DNA of 64,000 bases from Heteronotia binoei (lineage: Eukaryota): contig NC_083229.1 in assembly GCF_032191835.1 (NCBI RefSeq), positions 107,074,001-107,138,000 on the forward strand, written 5' to 3'. Both the position numbers and the translations under genes were made by a program. Positions 12,291 to 22,689 of the stretch are shown piece after piece. The notes under the pieces were generated by a model, which saw only the letters and a program-made list of their open reading frames with translations, was not told the origin of the DNA and did not search any database. How positions within the stretch are numbered: position 1 is the first letter of the stretch; every line of letters starts with the position of its first letter.

Positions 12291-12772
12291 CCATGAATTT
12301 ATTGTGAGGTTCATTTGAGAACAAAGTCCAGTAAGACTTCCTAACAACACATTAGGTGCACAAGAACATCACTATTCTCTTTTAGCTGTATTGACATACT
12401 CAAATAGAGATATTGGCTGTTTATCTCATTACATATAATAAACCCATCTTCCACTATATTTTAATGTATTTTTCTTCTTTAATGTACATTCCTTCTATAT
12501 GTATGTTACATGTTAAAAGGTAGATCAGTTGGATGGGAAACACTTCTAAGAACGAAATGCCCTCAATTTGGCCCCGGCTTATAACAATTGAATGATTAAC
12601 AGACATTCTCACATTTTGACATGTTCCTGTTTTATTGGTTTCTCATGCTACCGAGATCAAAGGTTTGCTAAATTTGTTGATTTTACTATTCTGTCATTGG
12701 ATCTTAAATTTGTACCATTTAGCATTCCAAACCACGCTAACCAGCTCTATGTAGCTCTGCTCACTGTACCTG

Positions 12773-12825
12773 ATTCCTCGTCTGATGAAGTGTGCTTGGA
12801 GCACACGAAAGCTTACATTCGGAAT
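12773..12825 (+). ncRNA. Minimal type I hammerhead ribozyme motif in a Penelope terminal remnant (element ~12770-12890)
   Basis: CUGAUGA-A, stem II GUGUGC/GCACAC, GAAA, palindromic AGCU helix III, stem I GU/AC plus AUUCC/GGAAU. Confidence 0.72.
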
Positions 12826-12939
12826 AAAACCTTGTTGGTCTTAAAGGTGAAACTTGACTCCTACTTTGTTCTACTGCCCACTTGGATCTAACGCATCTAA
12901 TTGTATACGTCCCTCCCTCCCTGAAACACTCCTCCCCAC

Positions 12940-13640
12940 CCGCCGCCTTTACCTCGCTGTTTGGAGACGAGGGAACGACCCCCATCGAGGCTGAGGAAAC
13001 GGCTCCTCCTCGCCCCGAACGCGCCGACGCTCTCGCCGCATGAAAAGCCACGCGCTGCTGAACTTGCGCGGCCGTTGGTCTCGAGGCCGGCAGAAGCCAG
13101 GAGCTTGCCACCAGCTCCCGACTCGCCGTTACTACTCCTACGCTTCCAGTCTCCTAGGCAACGGCGCGAGACGGCCGAGCGTACGACGACATTACGTGAG
13201 GCACCGGAAAGGAAAGCTCGTCGCTCCCGCTGGATAAGGAAGACCCTCTTCCTGCCACCCACAACCACTACGACGGCTGCAGCCTGACCTCTCACCATCC
13301 CGGCTCTTCAGTTCCCCTTGAAGGCGAAGACTGAGGGCGTCTCCGCTCTGCCTCATCGCTCAAGGAGGCATCCCGGGATTCTTTTCGCCGTCCAACCCCC
13401 CACCTCCCCGCTCGTTGGTTCCGGCACAAACACGTTCCGCTTCAGCTCACGCGCTGACCTGAGAGGCTGCCTAGATGACGTCATAACAAACAACATACAC
13501 GCCCCGCCCACTTAGCTGGGTGAAGAAGGTTGAGCGACCGCCTTGTGTTGATTGTTTGAGCCACGTTCCTTTTCTCAGGGGAGAAAATGAAGCGGTCGGG
13601 CATAGAAAGCGCCGCAAAGAAGAAAATAAGCCATCATTTT
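12940..13640 (-). promoter_or_regulatory. MCUR1 CpG-island promoter with full CRE and GC box
   Basis: CpG-rich; ATGACGTCAT palindrome at 13475-13484; GCCCCGCCC at 13501-13509. Confidence 0.75.
12953..13298 (-). CDS. MCUR1: MCUR1 coding exon 1 (Arg/Ala/Gly-rich mitochondrial leader)
   Basis: ATG in GCCGGGATGG context with an in-frame stop just upstream; donor CGAG|GTAAAG, phase 1, joins exon 2; lies in a CpG island. Confidence 0.82.
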
Positions 13641-13764
13641 TATTTTTAATATCGTGAATGCAGATCTTGACCTGCGATAATGGGAACGGAGGGGAGGAAC
13701 ACGCTAATTGATCAGTTAATCATCACTGGTGGTTTTAATTGCAATTTTCAGCTTAGCAAGGAAA

Positions 13765-13915
13765 ATCTACACTACACTACACTATAGGACGGTTGGTCTT
13801 GCCTGCTGTGACTGGCACATCACCAAATGCCTGACCCTTTTAACTGGAGAGGCCAGGGTTCGACCCGGGAACTTCTGCACATAAAGCAGCAGATGCCCTA
13901 TCACTGAGCTACAGC
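13765..13915 (-). mobile_element. tRNA-derived SINE head (Squam2-like), decayed
   Basis: Reverse complement GCTGTAGCTCAGTGATAGGGCATCTGC...GTCGAACCCTGGCCTCTCCAGTTAAAAG has A/B-box-like segments. Confidence 0.5.
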
Positions 13916-14068
13916 TTATTTAAAAAAAAATCTTGGTGGGCGTCTTTCTATTTAAAATTATTCCCTTGATAGCTTTTTAATTCACTGGTGGAAAGAGTAA
14001 AGTGTGGCTTTAAAGACTAACAAATGTTTAGTAGTTAGACTAAAAAATGTTTATTTCATAATAAAGTT

Positions 14069-14153
14069 AGAGTCCAGTAGCACATTTAAGACCAACACAA
14101 AAGCTTATACCTGGAATAAAACTTTGTTGGTCTTAAAGGTGCTATTGGACTCT
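14069..14153. mobile_element. Penelope terminal remnant forming a hairpin
   Basis: Arms 14069-14097 and 14125-14153 are near reverse complements, flanking AAAGCTTATACCTGGAATAAA. Confidence 0.7.
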
Positions 14154-14223
14154 TCTATTGCTTCAGTCCAACATGGCTACTTACATGGATCAATGCTTAT
14201 TTCAGTATGAGCTTCCCTGAGAT

Positions 14224-14402
14224 GAGGGCTTTTTTTGAGCAGGAAAGCAGTTCTGGCTACCTTGGCATCAGGAGGTGTGGCCTAATATGCAAATGAGTTC
14301 CTGCTGAAAAGGTTCCCATGTGAAACAATAGTGCTATCAGGGTGTATGGCCTAATATGCAAATGAGTTCATGCTGGGCTTTTTCTACAAAAAAAAAGCCC
14401 TG
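14224..14402. mobile_element. hAT MITE (CAGGGCTTTTTT TIR family) with two octamer motifs
   Basis: TIRs AGGGCTTTTTTT / AAAAAAGCCCTG; TSD CCTGAGAT/CCTGAAAC; ATGCAAAT at 14287 and 14356. Confidence 0.75.
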
Positions 14403-14425
14403 CCTGAAACATAGCCCACTTCATT

Positions 14426-14690
14426 GAGAACCAACTTGGTGCAATGGTTAAGTGCTTGGAATTGTATCAGGGTGAATCGGATTTGATTCCCCACTCTTCC
14501 ACATGCAGCTGCTGGAATGACCTTGGGTCAATCATAACTCTCTCAGAGCTGCTCAAGAGCAGTTTCGGTCAAAGTTCTATCATCCCCACCTACCTCACAG
14601 GGTTGTCTGTTGTGGGGAAGCGAAAGGAGACTGTAAGCCTCTCTGAGTGAAGAGCAGGGTATAGTTCCAATATCATCTTCATCATCATCA
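14426..14690 (+). mobile_element. Squam3-like tRNA-derived SINE
   Basis: tRNA-like head TTGGTGCAATGGTTAAG...GATTCCCCACTCTTCC; body CCCCACCTACCTCACAGGGTTGTCTGTTGTGGGG; simple-repeat tail. Confidence 0.75.
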
Positions 14691-14929
14691 GAGCCAAAAA
14701 TACAGAAACCTGTCAACCCAGGATGCTCCATTGACTCAAGGATAGGCATTCTCACCATGGATGTATCTGAATACACAGACCCTGCTCTGAGATCCTATGT
14801 CATTAATGCTCCTAGTCAATTCAAAACAGAGAAAGCCTGTTAACAAGACTACACCACTAGTAGTCACATACAGCTCTCAATTCAAAACAGTTCAATGTAT
14901 CAGCAGCAACCGAAAACCTCGACAATAAT

Positions 14930-15650
14930 GAAAGTTCTCTTTCACAAGCGCTGGGGAACAAACTTTTCCTTGCACATGGACAGTCCCCCAATCTTAACTC
15001 CTTGCCCACAATAATACAACGTCTAACTTGAACATGGACACCGGTAACAGAGCTTGCAATAAACACAGATGCCAACTTTCTGCTACATCAGGGGTGGCCA
15101 ACAGTAGCTCTCCAGATGCTTTTTGCCTACAACTCCCATCAGCCCCAGCCAGCATGCCCAATGGCTGGGGCTCATGGGAGTTGTAGGCAAAAAAAATTTG
15201 GAGAGCTACCTGTGCTACATAAATCCAGACAACATGATCACCGGACCTAACAACATTTAACTACACCATCTCATGCTTATTCACTTGCACATCTTCTAAT
15301 ATTGTATTTGCCATTAAGTGCCAACAATACCCTTGGGTTCTCTATATAGGGCAAACAGATCAAACCCTATGCCAAAGATAAATGTACACAAATCTGACCT
15401 CAAGAATCACAAGACTGAGAAACCTGTAGGAGAATACTTAAACCTCCCAGGGACCACAATGAGGAACCCCCAAGTAGCTACTTTATTGCAAAGGAACTTC
15501 AGGAACAGACTAGAAAGGGAAATTCCTGAGTGACAAGTTATTACAACACTTGGAACAGTGGAACCCCCAGCACATAACAAGGATATTGGTTTCTTATCTC
15601 TACATATGCTAATCTCATTCAATCCTTACATCTGCATTCTCACCAAGAAG
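14930..15650 (+). mobile_element. Penelope-like element fragment encoding a decayed GIY-YIG endonuclease
   Basis: Translates (with frameshifts) to ...CQQ...LYIGQT...INVHKSDLKNHKTEKPVGEYLNLPG...LQRNFRNRLEREI; interrupted by a MITE. Confidence 0.8.
15089..15212. mobile_element. Palindromic hAT MITE nested in the Penelope fragment
   Basis: CAGGGGTGGCCAAC start, fold-back body, perfect 8-bp TSD TGCTACAT. Confidence 0.85.
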
Positions 15651-15658
15651 GGCTATTT

Positions 15659-15732
15659 TGTTGTTCAGTTGCACAGTCGATTCTGACTCTTTGCGACCCC
15701 ATGGACAAAGTCACGCCAGGCCCTCCTGTCTT
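15659..15732 (-). mobile_element. RTE-BovB 3' tail
   Basis: Near-identical to 26995-27068 (TCTGACTCTTTGCGACCCCATGGACAAAGTCACGCCAGGCCCTCCTGTCTT). Confidence 0.8.
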
Positions 15733-16176
15733 GGATATATATCCTCTTTATTTTATTTGGAATAATAGAATGAAATAGTGATTAATGTAATGACTAGTAG
15801 AATGTCATGTAATTTGAAATGATAGATTGGATTGTATTTATTTGGGGACAGAGGAAATATAAACTGCACAGCCAGCCACCCCACCTAAAAGAAAAGGATG
15901 CTACAAAATTATCTCCACACTTGAGAAGGAGTTGGATGGAGCATAATGGCAGGATCTCAGTTAATTACTCTTAGCATTCCACAATTAAGATAGGTACATC
16001 TGCCCATCTAGCCCCGGTTTTGATATATTTATTTCATTCACTATGCCCCCTCCCGAATTAAATCCGAACAAATGATGACCCTATAAACGAAGTTGGTTGT
16101 TTCAGCTGGGTCCTTGCATCTGTTAAACACCGTTTATTACGCTTATGGACTGACTGGTAATTTCCACTTCAATGTA

Positions 16177-17302
16177 TAATAATAACAACAACAACAACAA
16201 CATTTTATTTATATCCCGCCCTCCCCGCCGAACCAGGCTCAGGGCGGCTAACAACATAATCAGTCTGTACAATGAGTTATACAACAAATTTTAAAATCAA
16301 CATTCAATTTAAAACATTCCAATTTAAAATTAACATTTCTGGTGCTATTCTATTAGATGCAAGTATGTATGATGGCGGAAACACTTAAGATGAGTCCATC
16401 AGTCATTCAGTCAGGTAAAGGCCATCCTAAAGAGGAAGGTCTTGCAGGCCCTGTGGAACTGATCAAGGCTCCACGGGGCCCGCACTTCTTCCGGGAGCTG
16501 GTTCCATAGGTGTGGAGCTGCAATGGAGAAGGCCCGTGTACGAGTATTCTTTAATTTTACCTCCTTCAGCCCAGGGATAGTCAGTTAGTTCTTCCCCACT
16601 GACCTCAGTGCTCTCTGGGGTTCATATGGGGAGAGACGGTCCTTCAGGTATTCAGGTCCTCAACCATATAGGGCTTTAAAGGTAATAACCAGCACTTTGT
16701 AGCAAACCCGGTATACAACTGGCAGCCAGTGCAGTCCGCATAGCCCCGGCTGTATGTGCTCCCATTTCGGGAGCCTAGCTGCTGCGTTCTGCACCAGCTG
16801 CAGCTTCCGGGTTTGGCACAGAGGCAACCCCATGTAGAGGGCATTACAGTAATCCAACCTTGAGGTGACCGTTGTATGGATCACTATTGCTAGGTCCCGA
16901 CGCTCTAGGAAGGGGGCCAACTGCCTTTCCCGCTTCAGATGAAAAAATGCTGACTTGGCAGTGGCTGCTATCTGGGCCTCCATTTATAATGAAGGCTCCA
17001 GTAGAACTCCCAAGCTCCTGACTCGGTGCGCCGCCGGGAGAGGAATTTCTCCTCCCAGAGCGCCACGACCCATGCAAAGGACCTCTGTGTTGGTTGGGTT
17101 GAGCTTCAACACACTCAGCCTAAGCCAACCTGCCACAACCTGCAATGACAGGTCCAGATTTCCTGGGATGCAGTCAGGCCGCTGTCCATTAGCAGATAAA
17201 GCTGGGCGTCATCTGCATATTGATGGCACCCAAGCCCATACCTCCGGGCAATCTGGGCAAGGGGGCGCATGTAGATGTTTAATAACATCAGGGAGAGAAC
17301 TG
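16177..17302 (-). mobile_element. L2-type LINE, 5'-truncated (RT C-terminal half, 3' UTR, microsatellite tail)
   Basis: Minus-strand translations LNIYMRP...HQYADDAQLY and TSRLDYCNALYMGLP...LQLVQNAAARL; (TTG)n tail at ~16180. Confidence 0.88.
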
Positions 17303-17379
17303 CTCGCTGAGGAAGTGTGCCTGCACACAAAAGCTTCTACCTTGAATAAAACTTTTGTCGCTCTTAAAGGCGCCGCCGG

Positions 17380-18100
17380 ACTCAAACTTTTGTTCAGAAC
17401 TCCTACACCTTCAGCCAAGCCTTTCCCTTTTGACAAAATGCGCCTGGATCATAGGCTGACTGCTATTTTGTCACGCGGTTTAACTCCGCCCCGGCTAACT
17501 TCAGCAAAGAAGGAAGAGACTATCCAGGCGCGCTCGATCCCGACGGCGGGCGGTCTTGCACGGAGGAAACGGGGTTTGGGAAATCCCTGGGCGCGGCCCC
17601 GGGCGCCCAAGCGGCGAGATTCCCACTCGGGGAGACAGAAAGATAAAGGCGACTCGGCTCCTTTGCTTCGCGCCACTTTGGAAGGAGTCTCCATTGAGTT
17701 CTCTCGCCCTGGGGAAGCTGAGCGAGTGGACTTCCGATTGCCGATCCTGGGGTAGGTAGTTGGTTCCTTTGACTAGGAACCCCAGATCCATCATGTCTGA
17801 AGGGTCTCCGGTTGACTTCTTTGGGTATAAAAGGGGTGAAAGCGGAAAATGGGAGGCGCCCACGAAAACGAAACTAGGCTTCCTGTTCACTTCTCACGCA
17901 AACCCTTCCCCATTCTTCCGTGGGACCGCCGAGGTTTTTCAGAAGTGACCCCATCCTGCAAAATGAGGGGCATCACCCCGCATATCCATCCCGAACCTAA
18001 CCCGAAGAGTGTCTAGGGCTGCACTTACTCCCAAGCAAGTCCTGCTGATAAAAGTGGGTCGTACTTCGGGTTAGACTTGCGCCGACGTGCACCCGTCTAG
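17380..18100 (+). promoter_or_regulatory. RIPK1 CpG-island promoter with NF-kB site, TATA box and ISRE
   Basis: GGGAAATCCC 17578-17587; TATAAAAG 17826-17833; GAAAACGAAACT 17864-17875; nearest CpG island upstream of the first coding exon. The non-coding exon 1 boundaries could not be fixed. Confidence 0.62.
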
Positions 18101-18266
18101 GTGACAAGCTGTTGCTTTGGTCACTCTTTTCTTTCCCCCTTTAAGTACATGCAGACAGTAGGGATGAATGAGAGAGACCAAGGGTTTTAAAAAAGCTCCG
18201 ATAAACTTGTTGTAGTTAGGGAATCCTCTTGGAGGGGGGGGGCATTATCCCACACATCCTATAATC

Positions 18267-18561
18267 CAGGTGTGGCCAAGCTGGATGTGGCTCTTTCATA
18301 CATATTGAGTGACTCTTTCATACTTATTGTATGGCTCTCGAAGCCATCACCGCCCCATTGGCCTGCTTGGAGAAGGCATTTGTTTCTTTCAATCACTTCT
18401 CCAAGCCAGCCAGCTGCGTGGAGAATGCATTTAAAGTTGCTTTCTTTTCACCTCTCCCTCCCCATCTATTCCCTCCTTCCCTCCCTTCCTGTTTTGTGGT
18501 TCTCAAACATCTGATGTTTATTCTGTGTGGCTCTTACATTAAGTGAGTTTGGCTGCCCCTG
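18267..18561. mobile_element. hAT MITE (CAGGGGTGGCCAAAC family)
   Basis: Perfect 8-bp TSD CTATAATC on both sides. Confidence 0.85.
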
Positions 18562-18899
18562 CTATAATCTAAGATGGGAGGAAGATAAAGCTTGCATGAT
18601 AGATAGCTTTGTATGGAGAAAATGACAATCAAAACCTGAAATAAATACTATTAATTGTTTAGTGTTGATTAATTGCCACTGAAATACAATCCAGTGTTTC
18701 ATCCAGCATGATTTTTAAAACTACTTCCCTAAAAGTTAGGGTTAGTTACTTGGCTTTATATTTGCTTTATAACTCCCTAAGCTTTATAACTCTCTAAGGC
18801 TTGGCAGAATAGATTCTGATATTAATTGTAACGTTATTAGTGTTCAGCTGAAACAGAAAATGAAAATGGGATAACTGGTTTGAGTAGCTTTCTTTAAAA

Positions 18900-19380
18900 A
18901 GAAGATGTAGCACTGGAAGATGACCACCAGCACCCCATCGGCAGGCACTCAGTTAGTTACTGGAGCAGAGCAGAGGACAAGTATAAACTGCAGTGTTCTT
19001 AATGATACAACTGGATTGAAGTCAAAATTATATTTAGTTGCTGGTGTGCAAAAGGAAATAGATGCAAAAGGAAAGTCCAGACCTATACAACACATATAAT
19101 AGGAATATGGAACATGAGAAGTATGAATCAAGGTAAACTTGAAATTATAACACTCAAAATTAAAATTTTAAACATTGTAATGCTAGGTGCAAGTGAACTA
19201 AAGTGGACTGGGTTAGGACATTTTCAGTCAGGAAATTACAAAGTGTTTTATTCTGGAAATGTCAAACTCAGAAGAAACTGTGTTGCTCTATTAGTGAGGC
19301 AAGACATAACACAAACAATTAGGAGCAAAGTCTGATCCATCAGACTTCACAGAAAACCTGTCAACATAACCATTATTCAT
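18900..19380 (+). mobile_element. RTE-BovB 5' region and APE endonuclease fragment
   Basis: IGIWNMRSMNQGKLE...GASELKWTGLGHFQSGNYKVFYSGN..LRRNCVALLV. Confidence 0.8.
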
Positions 19381-20515
19381 GGTCTTCAGTTTGCAAGATC
19401 TGAGCAAAACTATTAATGATAGGATGTTTGGAAAATCATTAATTCATATGGTCATCATAAGACAGAAATTACTGATGGCCCATAACACGCATAGGTTCCT
19501 TAAAGGGGGAGGGGACTATGAATATCCCTGTGTGTCAGGCACAGTACCAATACTTTCAATGTATCTAGGAAATTGTATATTTGCTAAGAATTGTCATGGG
19601 CCAGTGTTTCAAGTGTAAGCAGCAACATATTTTAATGAAAGTTGCTGAAGGTTTTTGTTGTGAGGCACATGAATGATATCACCAAGTTAATAATGGTGAG
19701 CATATGGCACCGAATTTTGAAAAGTGCAGTCTACTCTAATCCATAGTGGTATTCCAAGAACTCAGGCAGAGAGGTCTTTTCTCGGCTCTGCTAACCAAAT
19801 CCTTAAACTAAAAGTATCAGAGCTTTTGTATCCAAAACATGTATTCAAGCCCTTGTGGTATATGATGAGTATGGTTTGGCCACTTTCAAACTTACCACAG
19901 GGTGCACAATGCAGCCAAATGGAACTGTCTGCCTATAGTATGCTGCCACATGAAGCAAGTTTCACCGCCTTGCTGTTGAATTTCTAGTCGGTTATGCAGC
20001 ATGGTCAAATTTGCCTCATCACATGGCTTGGCTACAGATGGACAACATCCCAAGTCATAAACTGGAGAGGTGGAATTGCTGAAGCCAAAAGCAGTGCATG
20101 GGATGCTGCCTGTACTTGGCAGGTGCCATTCCTGGGAAAAGTGAGAGGTCTCTCAAGGTCTCTGCAATGACTTAGAGGCCTTCTTTTACTTCTGTAAGGG
20201 TTACCTGTGAAGTTCTTTGATGTACGGGGCTCTTCAGCTAAGCTGCTGGTGGGAGGGGGAGGCCAGGAGGTAATCCAAGTTGAAAGAAAGGTGGCTATTG
20301 CAAAGGACTAGTGTGAGGCTAAAAGACATCACCTTAAGAAGTATCCTCAGTCCTTTCACAGGACTAGGTACCAGCAGGAAGATTTCTGTGCTGTTTTGCT
20401 TATGATTTACTGTAGCAGCAGAATGATGGACCACTATGCCTTATCTTCTGTGTCCATGTTACAGATCGAGGATTTTATCTTTCTGAATTGCTGGACTTCC
20501 ACCCAACTTGCAAAC

Positions 20516-20667
20516 ATGTCATTGGCAGATATACAGATGAATTCTGCAGACCTTCTGGAAAAAGAACAACTGGATGCAGGTGGATTTGGGATGGTTTCCT
20601 TATGCTACCACAAGAGATATGGGCTTGTGGTGTTAAAAACAGTGTACACCGGGCCTACGCGCACAGA
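20516..20667 (+). CDS. RIPK1: RIPK1 coding exon 1 (P-loop DAGGFG, catalytic Lys in VVLKTVY)
   Basis: Acceptor ACAG| at 20464, ATG 20516, donor GA|GTAAGT; 152 coding bp. Confidence 0.92.
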
Positions 20668-21324
20668 GTAAGTTGGAGAATAGTTAATTCTTCCCAGAGA
20701 GGAGAGAGAAAACTAGAAGTCAAAGGAGGCAAGATGCAGGGAGATGCCTGATGAAATCCTACCAGCATTCCAAATTTTACTTTCCTTTGTCCTGCATTTC
20801 TGGAGAAAGTTATTCTTGAGGCCTGATTTTTTTTTCTTAGTAGCTGATGCCATGACTGAGAGAGCTGTCAGGTTTCCATTGCTTTTTGCTATAATGTGAG
20901 GTCAATTTGACCACTATGCCAAAGTAGTACCACTGGGTGTTCCCCCCACCCCTGGGAGGGATAAAAAGATTTCTTCCCAATTTTTAGATCTAGATTAGCC
21001 CATAATGAAGAAACACCAAAATGAGAGGTCCATATATGGACTTCCCCACTGTCTCATCTAGTTGGCCTTCAGAAATCTGGCTTAAAGTCACCAGCCATTT
21101 AAATATCCATCAAAATACTAAATTATTAGTGATAATGCTGTGGCTTGAACTGTTCCAGATGTTATCACACTAAAGCCTCTTCAAAGAGTTTCAGAGAGTA
21201 AGCAAATCTTCTTTCTGTTACCTTGAAGATCCTTGATCAAGATCTTATATTTGTGTTTCTTATTTCTTGGTAACCATGCACTGTTATGTCAGGGTTTGTT
21301 GTGCATGTTGGTTTTTTCTGCCAG

Positions 21325-21478
21325 ATGTAACAAATCCCTTCTTGAAGAAGGCAAAATTATGCAAAAACTAAATCATAATCGTGTGGTGAAGCTACTGGGT
21401 GTCATTTTGGAAGATGGCAACTACTCCCTCGTGATGGAATATGTGCACAAAGGGAACCTGATGTCAGTTCTAAAGGCA
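21325..21478 (+). CDS. RIPK1: RIPK1 coding exon 2 (SLLEEGKIM...SLVMEY)
   Basis: AG/GT flanks, phase 2-0. Confidence 0.93.
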
Positions 21479-22551
21479 GTGAGTAGATAGTATTGTCGAT
21501 ACCTTACAGTTATACCAACTAGTGATTTTTGAGATGGTAGTTAAACATTTTGAATATTAGGGGTCATTTTATGTTTGTTTTTGTTGACAGCTTTGTGTTG
21601 CAATGAGAACTGGGGAATCAGATTTTCCCCACAATTATGTGGACTTTTGATTCCCAGATAGTTAAATCTGGGTGCATTTGGAAGCCTAGAACATGTGTAG
21701 TAGATCACACATGCCAGTAATGAACATCAGGGACACTGGGTTGGATCCAACCAGCTGTTCTGCTGGTGAAAAATGAAGACGAGGGTTTGTTTGACCACCA
21801 AATGGCTATGTTAGGGATCATGGGGACCTCCATGGACAAAAGCCATATGGGACTGGAGCTGCAGCAGAGAGGAATTAGATGAGACTGAGTGAAAGAGCTA
21901 GCTGGATCCAAACCATTGTAGTGTATGGACTCAGAAGGCAGAGATGATGAATCTTAAGTTGGATGAGTTCTGTTACTCATAAGCATAGCTGTTTGCTCTG
22001 AATTGGTTTATTTCCTTGATTTCTGATCCATGAAACCTACAATTCTGGAACCAGACCAAATTGTTGAATATAAGCTTGTTTATTTCCCCCCCGCCCCAAG
22101 ATGTGGATTTTTAGAAAATATGTACAAACACTGAGATGGAATGGAAAGAAGAGGGTAATTCAGCTGTGCAAATGAAAATATGTTATATTTTATATTTAAG
22201 CTTCTATTCTATCCTATCTAAAAGGACTTATTAGTCAGAATACTTTTACTTATGGAAAGCTGCTTCTTGTGTCCTAGTGAGGAAAAGTTAGCCAGGAGGA
22301 GCTGTCAAACAACCCTGCAGTGTAGTTCTAAGCAGATTTACACTCTTCTAAACCCACTGATTTCAGTAAATGCAGAAGGGTGTAACTCTGTTTAGAACTG
22401 TTGTTAGTTCAAGTCCTAAGAATTTAAACTATTCTGGTTAATGTTAATTGAGTATTGTTTGAAGGGAAAGGAAGGTGGTTTCTTTCAACTTAAAGCTCTC
22501 TCTATCTCAGATCAGTTTTAATATTCATTTGCTATTTTGGCTTTGTTGCAG

Positions 22552-22689
22552 ACTGAAATTCCTTTGACTGTGAAAGGGCAGTTCATCTTGGAGATCATTG
22601 AAGGAATGCTGTACTTAAGTGAACAAGGTTTAGTGCACAAAGACCTAAAGCCAGAAAACATCCTTGTAGATGAGGACTTTCACATCAAG
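22552..22689 (+). CDS. RIPK1: RIPK1 coding exon 3 ([10 protein letters not shown] catalytic loop)
   Basis: 138 bp, phase 0-0. Confidence 0.95.

Noticed and set aside
13835-13915. tRNA gene on the minus strand
   Set aside because: Stems are broken and it continues into a SINE body; treated as a tRNA-derived SINE head.
13600-17400. NQO2 or SERPINB remnants expected upstream of RIPK1
   Set aside because: No matching peptide motifs seen in any frame; the interval is explained by TEs.
16955-17755. 266-aa plus-strand ORF
   Set aside because: Spans antisense L2, a Penelope remnant and a CpG island; stop-poor because of GC content; no domain.
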